This document shows positions 1-10,285 of a stretch of DNA of 64,000 nucleotides, one piece after another. The stretch's first letter is position 1; each line of letters opens with the position of its first letter. This stretch comes from Pseudomonadota bacterium (GTDB taxonomy: Bacteria > Campylobacterota > Campylobacteria > Campylobacterales > Sulfurimonadaceae). Made by a program: the position numbers and the translations under genes. Under the pieces are notes generated by a model that saw only the letters and a program-made list of their open reading frames with translations, did no database searches and was not told the origin of the DNA. The DNA lies in the NCBI GenBank assembly GCA_043797085.1, contig JAZDQA010000005.1, forward strand, positions 96,001 through 160,000, read 5' to 3'.

Positions 1-704
1 TAACCTGTAAGCATTTGAGTGCCGGAGGTGCGGATGTCACAATCATGAACCGAACGTTTAGCAAAGCCGAAGCAATAGCTCGTGAATGCAATGCGCGTGT
101 TCGTTCGTACGATGAGATAAAATATGCGATCAATGAATATTCGGTTTTGTTTACATCAACCGGTTCTTTATCCCCTATTATTACGGATGAGATGATTGGG
201 GCGTGTTCATTTGAGCGTTATTGGTTTGATATGGCGGTTCCTCGCGATATTGAATGCGAGAATTCGGCATGGGGGATACATCTTTATTGTATTGATGATT
301 TAAAAGATATCGTCAGTGCTAATATCGCGATGCGAGAGGATGAAGCACGGACTTCTTTTGTCCTTGTCAGCCGACACAGTACGGCATTTTTTGAACTTCT
401 TAAAACGCTTTCCATTGAGCCTTTGATTAAAAATATCTACACTCGTGCTTATCAATCTGCACACGAAGAGTCCCAGCGGGTCATCATGAACGGCTTTATC
501 CCAAAAGAGTATGAGTATGCAGTGCAAAAAGCTGCCCAGCAGGCGTTAAAACGATTTTTGCATCCCATTGCACGTCGGATGCGTGATGGATCGGATCCCA
601 TGCGCGTGGATGCTTTGATCGAATCAATGAGTTTTTTAATGGATCAAGATGAGGGCGAAGAGATGCTCCAAACCAGTTGTAAATATTACCCAAAAGGAAA
701 ATAA
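1..704 (+). CDS. hemA: Glutamyl-tRNA reductase, 5'-truncated by window edge
   Basis: Frame stays open upstream of 15 to the window edge. Motifs [16 protein letters not shown] and FLH.P. Lies directly upstream of proS as in other Campylobacterota. Confidence 0.93.
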   Translation, partial: TCKHLSAGGADVTIMNRTFSKAEAIARECNARVRSYDEIKYAINEYSVLFTSTGSLSPIITDEMIGACSFERYWFDMAVPRDIECENSAWGIHLYCIDDLKDIVSANIAMREDEARTSFVLVSRHSTAFFELLKTLSIEPLIKNIYTRAYQSAHEESQRVIMNGFIPKEYEYAVQKAAQQALKRFLHPIARRMRDGSDPMRVDALIESMSFLMDQDEGEEMLQTSCKYYPKGK

Positions 705-2407
705 TGCGTTTTTCACGAGCCTACATACCAACGACTAAAGAGTCTCCCAAAGACGCTTTGCTACCGAGTCACATTTATCTTTCCCGTGCGGGATTTGTTA
801 CGCAGGTTGCCAGCGGATTGTATAATTTTTTGCCATTAGGAAAACGTGTTCTTCGTAAAATCGAGAACGTCATTAATGAAGAGATGTCCGCGTGCGGTGC
901 ATTGGAAGTTGATTTGAGTTTTGTTACTCCCGCAGAGCTGTGGCAAGAGAGCGGTCGGATTGAAAAATTTGGAAAAGAGCTTCTCCGCTTCCGTGACCGT
1001 AAAGACAATCTTTTCGTCCTTGGACCTACCCATGAAGAGATGATGGTGAGTATCGTTCGTAACCGTGTAACCAGCTACAAGCAGCTTCCTCTTAATGTTT
1101 ATCAGGTTAAAACCAAGTTTCGGGATGAAGCGCGTCCCCGTTTTGGATTGATGCGTGCACGTGAGTTTGTTATGAAAGACGGGTACAGTTTCCATGCTTC
1201 TACGGAAGATTTGGATCGTGAATTTGATGCGATGGAAGCGGCATACAAACGGATTTTAGAACGTCTTGGATTGACATTTCGTATCGTTGAAGCAGACAGC
1301 GGAGCAATCGGTGGTACGGGTTCAAAAGAGCTGATGGTATTAGCACAAAGCGGTGAAGATACTTTAGCTGTGTGTGATACGTGTGAATACGGCGCGAATG
1401 TCGAAGCGGCACGACGTGCACCGCGTACTCTTATCCCTGATGCTCCCAAAGCAGATTTTATGAAATTTAAAACACCGAATGTAAAATCAATTGATGATTT
1501 GAGTGCATTTTTTCATGTAGATCCATACTACACACTCAAAGCGGTTGTGATGCGTGCTGTCTATACGGAAGGGAGTGAACCGGTTTGTTTCTTCATTCGC
1601 GGATGCGATGAACTCCAAGAAGTTAAAGCGCGTAACAGCGTCGGGGCTATTGATTTGGTAGACATCAGTGAAGCAGAGCTTAATGAAATCGGTTTGGTTC
1701 CGGGATTTATGGGGCCGCTTGATCAAGATAAAATCCGTTTTGTGATGGATAATGACACACGAAATGCAACGTCCATGATCGCAGGTGCCAATGAGGCAGA
1801 CTATCACTTCGTCGGAGTTGACCTGAGTGTGATGGGTGAGGTCGCATTTGCAGATCTCGTTGCAGTACAAGAGGGTGATGGATGTCCTCATTGCGGCGGA
1901 AAATTCCTCCATACCAAAGGGATTGAAGTAGGGCATATTTTCAAGCTCGGAACTACCTATTCTGCACCGTTAAAAGCAGAGTTTTTGGATGAAAATGGAC
2001 GTTCACAACCCTTTATTATGGGAACCTACGGAATGGGTGTCAGCCGTCTGGTAGCTGCCGTTATCGAACAGCATCATGATGAAAAAGGGTGCATCTGGAC
2101 TCATGCAACAGCTCCTTATATGGTCAATGTAATGGTTTCAAATATCAAAGAAGAGGCACATCTTGCTTACGCTGAATCACTGTATGTAAGTTTGGGACAA
2201 AATGGTATTGAGACGATTTTAGACGATCGTAAAGAGCGTTTCGGATTTAAGATGTCCGATGCAGAGCTAATCGGATTCCCATTTACGGTTATAGTCGGTA
2301 AAGAGATGGAAAACAATCACGTTCAAATCATGGTTCGAAAAACGGGTGAGATGATTACAGTCAGTACCGATGAGGTCATAAAAAAATTACAAGAGCTTAT
2401 TGGATGA
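704..2407 (+). CDS. proS: Proline--tRNA ligase
   Basis: Motifs [43 protein letters not shown] and YGMGVSRL; YbaK-like editing insert; anticodon-binding domain. Confidence 0.98.
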   Translation: MRFSRAYIPTTKESPKDALLPSHIYLSRAGFVTQVASGLYNFLPLGKRVLRKIENVINEEMSACGALEVDLSFVTPAELWQESGRIEKFGKELLRFRDRKDNLFVLGPTHEEMMVSIVRNRVTSYKQLPLNVYQVKTKFRDEARPRFGLMRAREFVMKDGYSFHASTEDLDREFDAMEAAYKRILERLGLTFRIVEADSGAIGGTGSKELMVLAQSGEDTLAVCDTCEYGANVEAARRAPRTLIPDAPKADFMKFKTPNVKSIDDLSAFFHVDPYYTLKAVVMRAVYTEGSEPVCFFIRGCDELQEVKARNSVGAIDLVDISEAELNEIGLVPGFMGPLDQDKIRFVMDNDTRNATSMIAGANEADYHFVGVDLSVMGEVAFADLVAVQEGDGCPHCGGKFLHTKGIEVGHIFKLGTTYSAPLKAEFLDENGRSQPFIMGTYGMGVSRLVAAVIEQHHDEKGCIWTHATAPYMVNVMVSNIKEEAHLAYAESLYVSLGQNGIETILDDRKERFGFKMSDAELIGFPFTVIVGKEMENNHVQIMVRKTGEMITVSTDEVIKKLQELIG

Positions 2408-2820
2408 TCTATTTTCTACTTTATTTTTTTTGTGAGGTTTTACTAACCGTAGAGGTTGCCTCAGAAATTGGCGGATTGATGATGTTTGCTGAAATTGTCG
2501 GGAGTGCTTTTATCGGAGTCCTGATTCTTTTTAATTTTCGTGCTACGTTGGTTTCGAATATTATGGAACTCAAAGCACGACGACTCGATGCAAACGGTTT
2601 TTATCAGCGTAATTTACTCTCACTTTTGGGGGCTATTTTTTTAATTCTCCCCGGTGTTTTGACCGATATTATTGGAATTTTGATACAATTTTCACTTTTA
2701 GTCGGGTTAATCATTAACCAATTTAAGCCAAAATATCCAGAAGAAAAAAACAAAACTCACTCAAAGGACGACAATGTTATTGATGCCGAAATTATCAGCG
2801 ACTCTCCTTCTCTGCGCTAG
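2404..2820 (+). CDS. fxsA: FxsA family membrane protein
   Basis: Hydrophobic helices, [16 protein letters not shown] motif, acidic C-terminal VIDAEII tail. Confidence 0.85.
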   Translation: MIYFLLYFFCEVLLTVEVASEIGGLMMFAEIVGSAFIGVLILFNFRATLVSNIMELKARRLDANGFYQRNLLSLLGAIFLILPGVLTDIIGILIQFSLLVGLIINQFKPKYPEEKNKTHSKDDNVIDAEIISDSPSLR

Positions 2821-3610
2821 CCTTTTTGGTGCTACGGATGCCGAAGTCATTACGTTTCTTAAAAAAGGAATCGGGAGCAATCCCAGTATTAGTAATCTGG
2901 ATGTCGATATTAGCGGAAAACAGAATGTTTCTGGGATGACTGGATGGCAAGCGTATTTTGTCACCATCGAAGCGGACGTAAAACAAGGTGCTGAAAATCG
3001 CCATATTAATCAAAATGGAACTTATTTTGTCAATGGAGATACATTAGCACCAGAACTGGTCAACCTTAAAACAGGTGAGCGCTACAATGATACCATTGCT
3101 CCTAATTTTAACAGTGCTTATTACACCAAAGCCAATCATGTCAGCGGTGAGGCAACTGCTACTCATAAAGTAGCTATTTTCTCTGATCCATTGTGCCCAT
3201 TTTGTCGCCGATATGCTCCTGAAGCATTGTCATATATGGCAAAATATCCGAAAACATTTGCCGTCTATTATTACCATTTCCCTCTTGCCCAGCTCCATCC
3301 AGCTGCGGTTGCTTTGACTAAAGCAGCGATAGCAGCAGAGCAAAATGGTGTTAACAATGCTGCTCTTAAAATGTATCAAGTGGATATCGACCCCAATGAA
3401 AAAGACGAACAAAAAATTCTTGATGCTTTTAATAAGACCTTTAAAGTAAAACTGAGTGTTGCTGATTTACGTCGCCCTTCGGTCATCAAGCAGTATGAAT
3501 TCGATCAAAAAGCGGTTCGTGCCATGATGGTAAACGGAACACCAACGGTATTTTTTAACGGTGTGAAAGATACGAAAAAAATGAAATACAAAGATGTAAA
3601 GGTTAAGTAA
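2774..3610 (+). CDS. Periplasmic thiol:disulfide oxidoreductase (DsbC/DsbG/DsbK-like)
   Basis: Signal peptide, FSDPLCPFC active site, HFPL and GTPT cis-Pro loop. An N-terminal ~100 aa region may be a dimerisation domain. Confidence 0.85.
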   Translation: MLLMPKLSATLLLCASLFGATDAEVITFLKKGIGSNPSISNLDVDISGKQNVSGMTGWQAYFVTIEADVKQGAENRHINQNGTYFVNGDTLAPELVNLKTGERYNDTIAPNFNSAYYTKANHVSGEATATHKVAIFSDPLCPFCRRYAPEALSYMAKYPKTFAVYYYHFPLAQLHPAAVALTKAAIAAEQNGVNNAALKMYQVDIDPNEKDEQKILDAFNKTFKVKLSVADLRRPSVIKQYEFDQKAVRAMMVNGTPTVFFNGVKDTKKMKYKDVKVK

Positions 3611-3613
3611 TAG

Positions 3614-4561
3614 ATGAAAAAACTCACCATCGCAACTCGTGGAAGCAAACTCGCTCTTTGGCAATCTAATTATATTAAATCGGTGATTGAATCCTCTCGC
3701 CCTGATATAGAAGTGGAACTCAAAATAATCATTACCTCGGGGGATAAAATTCTCGATGTTCCCTTGGCTAAAATTGGCGGTAAAGGGTTGTTTCTAAAAG
3801 AGATTGAAGAGGCGCTTTTAGCGGGAGAGGCACAAATGGCTGTCCATTCGCTCAAAGATGTCCCTACTGTGATGCCCTCAGGACTGCTTTTGTCTGCTAT
3901 TACAACCCGTGAAGATGTTCGCGATGCGATGTTGAGTGAAAAATATCCGAATATTGTTTCATTGCCGCAGGGTGCAGTTGTGGGGACTTCCTCTCTTCGC
4001 CGCCGTATGCAGTTGGTAAAACAACGTCCTGATTTGGTGATCAAAGATTTACGCGGAAACGTGGATACTCGTATTCGTAAGCTCAAAGAAGGCGAATTTG
4101 ATGCGATCATCCTAGCTGCAGCAGGTATTAATCGTCTTGGATTTGCAAGTTTAGTCGAGTATTTTTACCCGATTTCTTTGGAGGAAATGATTCCTGCAAT
4201 GGGGCAGGGCGCATTGGGAATTGAGACCATTAATGAGCCGTGGGTTTTAGAAATTGCGGCAATGCTTGAAGACACCGGCAGCCGTATTGAAACGACAATT
4301 GAGCGTGAATTTGTTGATACTCTCCAAGGAGGATGTCAAGTTCCCATCGGTATAAGTGCTCGTGTCCTCAATGATGGAAATGTCAGTATCCGCTCAACCC
4401 TTGGTATGCCAGATGGAAGCGACATTATGGGTGAAGAGATTACGGTTTCACTTGATGAAATCAACGGTGTTGGTGAATCCATGGCTCGTCGCCTGATTGA
4501 TAAAGGGGCGATGGAATTGTTGTCACGTGCTGAAATCATGGCAGATGGGCACAAAGTATGA
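3614..4561 (+). CDS. hemC: Hydroxymethylbilane synthase (porphobilinogen deaminase)
   Basis: Motifs ATRGSKLALWQ, GGKGLF.KE, VHSLKDVP, GTSSLRR, RGNVDTR and GGCQVPIG. Confidence 0.98.
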   Translation: MKKLTIATRGSKLALWQSNYIKSVIESSRPDIEVELKIIITSGDKILDVPLAKIGGKGLFLKEIEEALLAGEAQMAVHSLKDVPTVMPSGLLLSAITTREDVRDAMLSEKYPNIVSLPQGAVVGTSSLRRRMQLVKQRPDLVIKDLRGNVDTRIRKLKEGEFDAIILAAAGINRLGFASLVEYFYPISLEEMIPAMGQGALGIETINEPWVLEIAAMLEDTGSRIETTIEREFVDTLQGGCQVPIGISARVLNDGNVSIRSTLGMPDGSDIMGEEITVSLDEINGVGESMARRLIDKGAMELLSRAEIMADGHKV

Positions 4562-6378
4562 CATTAGCCAAAACACTGGACCTTCTTAAAGCACATAACG
4601 AATTACGAGTTATTGATACTCCTTTAGATATCCATCTTGAAATTCCTCATTTGGCGTATGCTGAAGTGAAAAAAGAGGATGGCGGAAAGGCACTGTTGTT
4701 TACCCATCCGATGGATGTAAAGAGCAATAAAGAATTTTCTACCCCTGTGGTGATGAATCTTTTTGGTTCCTACAAACGGACAGAACTGTTGTTTGGTCGT
4801 GATGTGGAAGGTGTGGCAAGCGAGATTGAAAAACTCATCCACATGAAACCGCCTCAAGGGTTTAAAGAAAAAATTGGGATGCTGGGTGATCTTTTCGCGA
4901 TGAAAGATATCTTTCCTAAAAAGCTTAAAACGCGCGGAGCATGTCAAGAAATAATCGTCCAAGGCGATGATATCAATTTGTATGACTTACCGATTTTAAC
5001 GACATGGGAACTAGATGGCGGTCCTTTTATCACGATGGGTCAAGTTTATACCCAAAGTTTAGACGGAGAAGTTGTCAATCTTGGGATGTATAGACTCCAA
5101 GTGTATGATAAAAACCATCTCGGAATGCATTGGCAAATCCATAAAGATTCTTCACACTTTTTTGATCAGTACCAACGTGCCGGTAAAAAAATGCCGGTTT
5201 CCATCGGTATCGGTGGAGATCCGCTTTATACGTGGTGTGCGACCGCTCCATTGCCTTATGGTGTCAATGAACTTTTGCTGTATGGTTTGATAAAAAAAGA
5301 GTCGCCAAAGCTGGTTCAATCGATAACAACGCCTTTGTATGTTCCAGAAGATTTGGATTTTGTGATTGAGGGGTGGGTGGATACTGAAAAACTGCTCCTT
5401 GAAGGTCCATTTGGCGATCATACGGGATACTACACGCTCGCAGAACATTATCCTGCACTGGAAGTAAGTGCGATTACCAGTCGGAAGAAGCCTCTTTATC
5501 TTGCTACTGTGGTGGGAAAACCGCCATTAGAAGACAAATACATGGGATGGGCAACGGAACGGATATTTTTGCCGCTTCTTAAAACCAATGCCGCAGATTT
5601 GATTGATTACCATATGCCTGAAAATGGAGTTTTTCATAATCTTATTTTGGCAAAAATGAAACCATTGTATAAAGGGCACAGCAAACAATTTATGCATCTT
5701 TTTTGGGGTTCAGGACAGATGAGTTTTGTCAAACATGCCCTCTTTTTTAGTGAAGATGCCCCAAAATTGACCAATTATGAAGCATTACTGACGTATGCAC
5801 TGAACCGTTTTATCCCTAAATGTTTGTTTATTTCCGAGGGAATTACCGATGCATTGGACCATTCCAGCCCGGAAACCCTTGTTGGGGGAAAATTAGGGGT
5901 TGATTTTACTTCCTTGCACGCGCTTAAAAAACCGGATGTCATTGACAGTGCTCTTTTGTTGGAGCGTATTCGTCCACTTCTTCCTGAAGTATGCGAAGTG
6001 ACTCAATACATGCGTCATACTGCAAATCCCATTACGGTTATAAGTGTCAATAAACATCGTTCATTGGCGGCTACTGCCAAAATATTGGCTTCTTTGGAAT
6101 CCATCTTACGCATAGTGGTCGTTGTAGATGCCCAAAATAATGATATTAACAATCCCTACATGTTAGTATGGAGAGTTGCAAACAACATTGATGCCGGACG
6201 TGATATTTGTATATCCGGTTCTATTGTTTCGATCGATGGATCAACTAAATCATTAATAGATGGATTTGAACGGGAGTGGCCAGGTGATGTCCTTTGTACT
6301 CCCTGTGTTGTTGATAAACTAAAATCACTTTCACTTTGGGATTTAGAGCCAAAATGGGAACAAAAATACCAATTATAG
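4558..6378 (+). CDS. mqnL: UbiD-family decarboxylase of the futalosine menaquinone pathway (MqnL-type)
   Basis: Motifs DGGPFIT, NLGMYRLQV, MHWQIHKD, EGPFGDHTGYY and DALDHSS; follows hemC as in Campylobacterota. Confidence 0.85.
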   Translation: MTLAKTLDLLKAHNELRVIDTPLDIHLEIPHLAYAEVKKEDGGKALLFTHPMDVKSNKEFSTPVVMNLFGSYKRTELLFGRDVEGVASEIEKLIHMKPPQGFKEKIGMLGDLFAMKDIFPKKLKTRGACQEIIVQGDDINLYDLPILTTWELDGGPFITMGQVYTQSLDGEVVNLGMYRLQVYDKNHLGMHWQIHKDSSHFFDQYQRAGKKMPVSIGIGGDPLYTWCATAPLPYGVNELLLYGLIKKESPKLVQSITTPLYVPEDLDFVIEGWVDTEKLLLEGPFGDHTGYYTLAEHYPALEVSAITSRKKPLYLATVVGKPPLEDKYMGWATERIFLPLLKTNAADLIDYHMPENGVFHNLILAKMKPLYKGHSKQFMHLFWGSGQMSFVKHALFFSEDAPKLTNYEALLTYALNRFIPKCLFISEGITDALDHSSPETLVGGKLGVDFTSLHALKKPDVIDSALLLERIRPLLPEVCEVTQYMRHTANPITVISVNKHRSLAATAKILASLESILRIVVVVDAQNNDINNPYMLVWRVANNIDAGRDICISGSIVSIDGSTKSLIDGFEREWPGDVLCTPCVVDKLKSLSLWDLEPKWEQKYQL

Positions 6379-6463
6379 AAGAGTACTGAGACTATATTAA
6401 GCAATATATTAGAATTCCTAATGTATCATCATTTAGATTTTAATTAAACAGGGAATTATATTT

Positions 6464-6799
6464 ATGATAAAATCATCTGCACTTATTACCTTATTGTTGG
6501 TATCAACCTTCGCATCATTGAATGCAGCAACGTATAAGGGACAAAAAATTTATATGGATACATGTAAAGATTGTCATGGAAGTGGTCAAACGCTTGCTGC
6601 ATCAAAAAATACACGTACGTGGGAAAAACTTATGGATAAAAAAGGTGAGCAACTTGCTTCTATTCATATAAATTCTAAAAAAGCACAAGCTTCCTGGGAA
6701 TACTTTGCAGACAAAAAGTTTACGAAAGATTCAAAACATCTTGAAGACTTTTTCACTGAATACGCTAGAGATAGCGGTAATGTTCCTGCCTGTAACTAA
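6464..6799 (+). CDS. Monoheme c-type cytochrome
   Basis: Signal peptide, GQKIY...CKDCH heme motif, C-terminal DSGNVPAC. Confidence 0.85.
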   Translation: MIKSSALITLLLVSTFASLNAATYKGQKIYMDTCKDCHGSGQTLAASKNTRTWEKLMDKKGEQLASIHINSKKAQASWEYFADKKFTKDSKHLEDFFTEYARDSGNVPACN

Positions 6800-6810
6800 C
6801 TTTTTTGCTT

Positions 6811-6837
6811 TATTACCGCATCGCGGTAATACTTTCT
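6811..6837 (+). terminator. Probable intrinsic terminator after the cytochrome c gene
   Basis: Perfect 9-bp stem TATTACCGC-atc-GCGGTAATA followed by CTTTCT. Confidence 0.6.
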
Positions 6838-6887
6838 AAACCAAACTTCGCTAAAATACCCCACTTTTTATATTATTTGGAGTCACT

Positions 6888-8276
6888 ATGGAAAAAATGT
6901 GGTCCGGACGTTTTGCACAAGATGCTTCGTCACTGTTGGAACAATTTAATGCATCGATAATGTTTGATCGAAAACTGTATCGTGAGGATATAGAAGGCTC
7001 AATAGCTCATGCTCAGATGTTAGCGCATCAGGGTATTTTGACTCAAGAGGAATTACTCTCCATAGAATCAGGTATGGCTCAGGTCTTGAGTGAAATTGAA
7101 GCAGGTTCTTTTGAATGGAAAATCGGTGATGAAGATCTTCATATGGCGATTGAAAAACGCCTGACAGTCATTATCGGTGAAGCGGGTAAAAAGCTTCATA
7201 CTGCTCGCAGCCGCAACGATCAAGTTGCCCTTGATTTCCGTCGCTATGTACTGCGTAAAAACAGTGAAATTGCAGAAAAAATACAATTGTTGATGAGTAT
7301 CATTGTCGATATTTCTCGTGAGCACACGACGACGCTTCTTCCGGGAATGACCCATTTGCAGCATGCGCAACCCATTAATTTCGCCTTTCATCTGTTGGCG
7401 TATGTGACCATGTTTAAACGTGATGTTGAGCGTTTTGAGAGTTCGTATGAGCGTAATAACATCTCACCAATCGGATGTGCAGCACTTGCCGGAACCCCTC
7501 ATAATATAAACCGTGAAATGACCGCTAAAACACTTGGGTTTGACTCGGTCAGCGTGAATTGTCTCGATACAGTAAGCGACCGTGATTTTGCCCTTGAAAT
7601 TCTTTTTAATATTTCAACGTTGATGATGCACATCTCACGTATTTCAGAAGAGATCATCCTCTGGTCGAGCTATGAGTTTCGTTTTGTGGAGCTTTCGGAT
7701 GAATACTCAACGGGTTCATCTATCATGCCGCAAAAGAAAAATCCGGATGTCCCTGAACTTTTAAGAGGTAAAACGGGTCGTGTGTATGGAAATCTTATGG
7801 GACTTCTGACGGTGATGAAGGGGCTTCCTCTCGCGTACAATAAAGATACCCAAGAAGATAAAGAAGGGGTTTTTGACAGCATTGAAACGATCGAAATGTC
7901 TCTTGAAATTTTAGGGGAAGCACTTAAAACCATGACGATAAAGCCTGAAAATATGGCGCGTGCCTGCAAGCTTGGTCATTTGAGTGCAACGGATTTGGCA
8001 GATTATTTGGTTGAACATTGCGGTGTACCATTTCGCGAAGCTCACTTTATTACAGGACGTGCAGTGGCGCGTGCTGAAGTGTTAAATATTGATCTAAGTG
8101 AAATTGATTTTAAAGAGCTGCATGCGATTGATGATCGAATCAAAGAGGATGTGACACGCTACTTGAGCATTGAACATTCTATGAATGCACGAACTTCACA
8201 AGGCGGAACGGCGGAAGTCCGTACGCTGGAACAAATCATCTATTTTGATAATTATTTAAAGGACGCCAAGCTATGA
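6888..8276 (+). CDS. argH: Argininosuccinate lyase
   Basis: Motifs [24 protein letters not shown] and [12 protein letters not shown]. Confidence 0.98.
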   Translation: MEKMWSGRFAQDASSLLEQFNASIMFDRKLYREDIEGSIAHAQMLAHQGILTQEELLSIESGMAQVLSEIEAGSFEWKIGDEDLHMAIEKRLTVIIGEAGKKLHTARSRNDQVALDFRRYVLRKNSEIAEKIQLLMSIIVDISREHTTTLLPGMTHLQHAQPINFAFHLLAYVTMFKRDVERFESSYERNNISPIGCAALAGTPHNINREMTAKTLGFDSVSVNCLDTVSDRDFALEILFNISTLMMHISRISEEIILWSSYEFRFVELSDEYSTGSSIMPQKKNPDVPELLRGKTGRVYGNLMGLLTVMKGLPLAYNKDTQEDKEGVFDSIETIEMSLEILGEALKTMTIKPENMARACKLGHLSATDLADYLVEHCGVPFREAHFITGRAVARAEVLNIDLSEIDFKELHAIDDRIKEDVTRYLSIEHSMNARTSQGGTAEVRTLEQIIYFDNYLKDAKL

Positions 8277-8737
8277 AAATAACCGTTTCCCATCAAGAAG
8301 CAATGCGCTTTGAGGCAAAAACTGAAAAAAGCAGTTTTATCATTGATTGTCCCCAAATCTCTCCAATCGAGTATTTTTTAAGCGGAATCATCGCGTGCAG
8401 TGCAACCGATGTTGTGATGCTGCCAAAACAACAAGGGTTTGAAGTAACCAATCTTCAAGTTGAGGGCGAAGCAGTTCGAAATGAATCTGCACCGAAAAAG
8501 TTTAATTCCTTGCACCTAGAATACCGTTTTGATTCCAATGCGGATGATACGTTAGCTGCGCGTTGGGTAATGGCGAGCTTAGAGACGTATTGTTCGACGA
8601 TTAATACGATACGCGACAGTACAGCGATTACCTATACGATTATCCATAATGGCAATATGATTCGAGAGAATGAGACGATGATCAGCGGTGGAGGAAGTAC
8701 CGTAGATTTCGGCTCCCTCCAAGGATGCAATGCGTAA
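8273..8737 (+). CDS. OsmC/YhfA family protein
   Basis: [14 protein letters not shown]...D and YCS..NTI, giving the conserved Cys pair; 154 aa. Confidence 0.85.
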   Translation: MKITVSHQEAMRFEAKTEKSSFIIDCPQISPIEYFLSGIIACSATDVVMLPKQQGFEVTNLQVEGEAVRNESAPKKFNSLHLEYRFDSNADDTLAARWVMASLETYCSTINTIRDSTAITYTIIHNGNMIRENETMISGGGSTVDFGSLQGCNA

Positions 8738-8741
8738 ATCT

Positions 8742-8811
8742 CGTCATACCGTACTCGATACGGTATCCATCTAATGCATTGTGAGATTCCGTGTCGTAGC
8801 ACGGAATGACG
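8742..8811. repeat. Double-hairpin palindromic element (GTCAT...ATGAC type) between convergent genes; may act as a bidirectional terminator
   Basis: Hairpin ATACCGTA-ctcga-TACGGTAT (8746-8766) and hairpin ATTCCGTG-tcgtag-CACGGAAT (8786-8807). The two arms are inverted copies of each other, bounded by CGTCAT/ATGACG. Confidence 0.8.
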
Positions 8812-8823
8812 GTTAAGGTTTAA

Positions 8824-9180
8824 TTAAAAGAAGTCTTTCGGATCAGCATCCGCAAAATGTCCCCATTTGAGTTTCGCACCGCCTAGGATATGGAAGTGCA
8901 GGTGTCCCACTTCTTGTCCTCCGTCTTCACCGATGTTGCTAATGATACGGTAACCGCTTTGGTCGATTCCCAGATCTTTGGCAACATCTTGCATAAAACT
9001 TCCCATTTTTCCCATTAATTCCGTTGGAATATCATTGAAACTATCATAATGTTTTTTTGGAATAACCAATACATGGACGGGAGCTTTGGGGTTAATATCA
9101 TGAAATGCAAAAAAGTTTTCATCTTCTTTGACACTATTGGATGGAATTTCTCGGTTGATAATTTTACAAAACAGACACAT
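8824..9180 (-). CDS. Histidine triad nucleotide-binding protein (HinT-like)
   Basis: Motifs CLFCKII, FHDINPKAPVHVLVIPK and GQEVGHLHFHILGG (HxHxH). Confidence 0.95.
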   Translation of the reverse strand: MCLFCKIINREIPSNSVKEDENFFAFHDINPKAPVHVLVIPKKHYDSFNDIPTELMGKMGSFMQDVAKDLGIDQSGYRIISNIGEDGGQEVGHLHFHILGGAKLKWGHFADADPKDFF

Positions 9181-9283
9181 TTTAAACCTCTTTTTTTGTC
9201 ATATTGTAGCACACAGCTTTCACCTTGAAGCTTATTGTAAAAGAGATTTCACTACAATTACCCCACTATAACGAACGATAAGG

Positions 9284-10285
9284 ATGAGAACTTTGCAAGA
9301 GTGGATTAATGCTATAAAATCAGCCGATACAATTGATAAAATTGAAGAAATTCGTATTGCAGTTTTTGGAAAAAAAGGGATAATGAACGCTGAGTTTGCC
9401 CGTATGAAAGATATTCCTGATGAGCAAAAAGGGACTTTTGCCAAAGAGTTAAACATACAAAAAGAGACGCTCAATGCCTTGCTGATTGATCGAAAACTTT
9501 TTTTGGCTATGGAGCATTTGAATGCAACCATGAAATCTGAGGCAGTTGATGTCAGTTTGGCTTCACCGCTTAGTGAACGTGGATCACTTCATCCAGTCAT
9601 GGAGACGATGGATCGAATCGTTGAGTATTTTACGGCAATGAATTTTGCGGTTCATACAGGACCGATGGTTGAAGATGATTTTCACAATTTCGAAGCGTTA
9701 AATCTCCCAAAATACCATCCTGCCCGCGATATGCAAGATACGTTTTATTTTAAAGATGCAAAGCTTTTGCGCACCCATACCTCACCGGTACAAATTCGTA
9801 CGATGCTAAGTACAAAACCGCCGATTCGGATGATTGCCCCGGGCTCTGTATTTCGTCGCGATTACGACATCACCCATACTCCGATGTTTCATCAAGTGGA
9901 AGGGTTGGTTGTCGAAGAAGAGGGAAAAGTCTCTTTTGCTAACCTTAAGTTTATCTTGGAAGATTTTTTAAAAACAATGTTTGGGGACGTTGATGTCCGT
10001 TTCCGTCCGAGCTTTTTCCCCTTCACGGAGCCTTCGGCTGAAGTAGATATCAGCTGTATTTTCTGTGCAGGCAAGGGATGCCGAGTCTGTTCTAAAACAG
10101 GTTGGCTTGAAGTACTTGGATGCGGTATTGTCGATCCGAACGTTTTTAAAGCGGTTGGTTATGAAAATGTCAGCGGATATGCGTTTGGTTTAGGCGTTGA
10201 GCGTTTTGCCATGTTGATTCACCGTATCGGGGATTTGCGATCACTGTTTGAAGGTGATGTTAGATTATTGGAGCAGTTTAGATGA
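9284..10285 (+). CDS. pheS: Phenylalanine--tRNA ligase alpha subunit (true start may be TTG at 9293)
   Basis: Motifs [40 protein letters not shown] and [10 protein letters not shown]. Confidence 0.98.
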   Translation: MRTLQEWINAIKSADTIDKIEEIRIAVFGKKGIMNAEFARMKDIPDEQKGTFAKELNIQKETLNALLIDRKLFLAMEHLNATMKSEAVDVSLASPLSERGSLHPVMETMDRIVEYFTAMNFAVHTGPMVEDDFHNFEALNLPKYHPARDMQDTFYFKDAKLLRTHTSPVQIRTMLSTKPPIRMIAPGSVFRRDYDITHTPMFHQVEGLVVEEEGKVSFANLKFILEDFLKTMFGDVDVRFRPSFFPFTEPSAEVDISCIFCAGKGCRVCSKTGWLEVLGCGIVDPNVFKAVGYENVSGYAFGLGVERFAMLIHRIGDLRSLFEGDVRLLEQFR

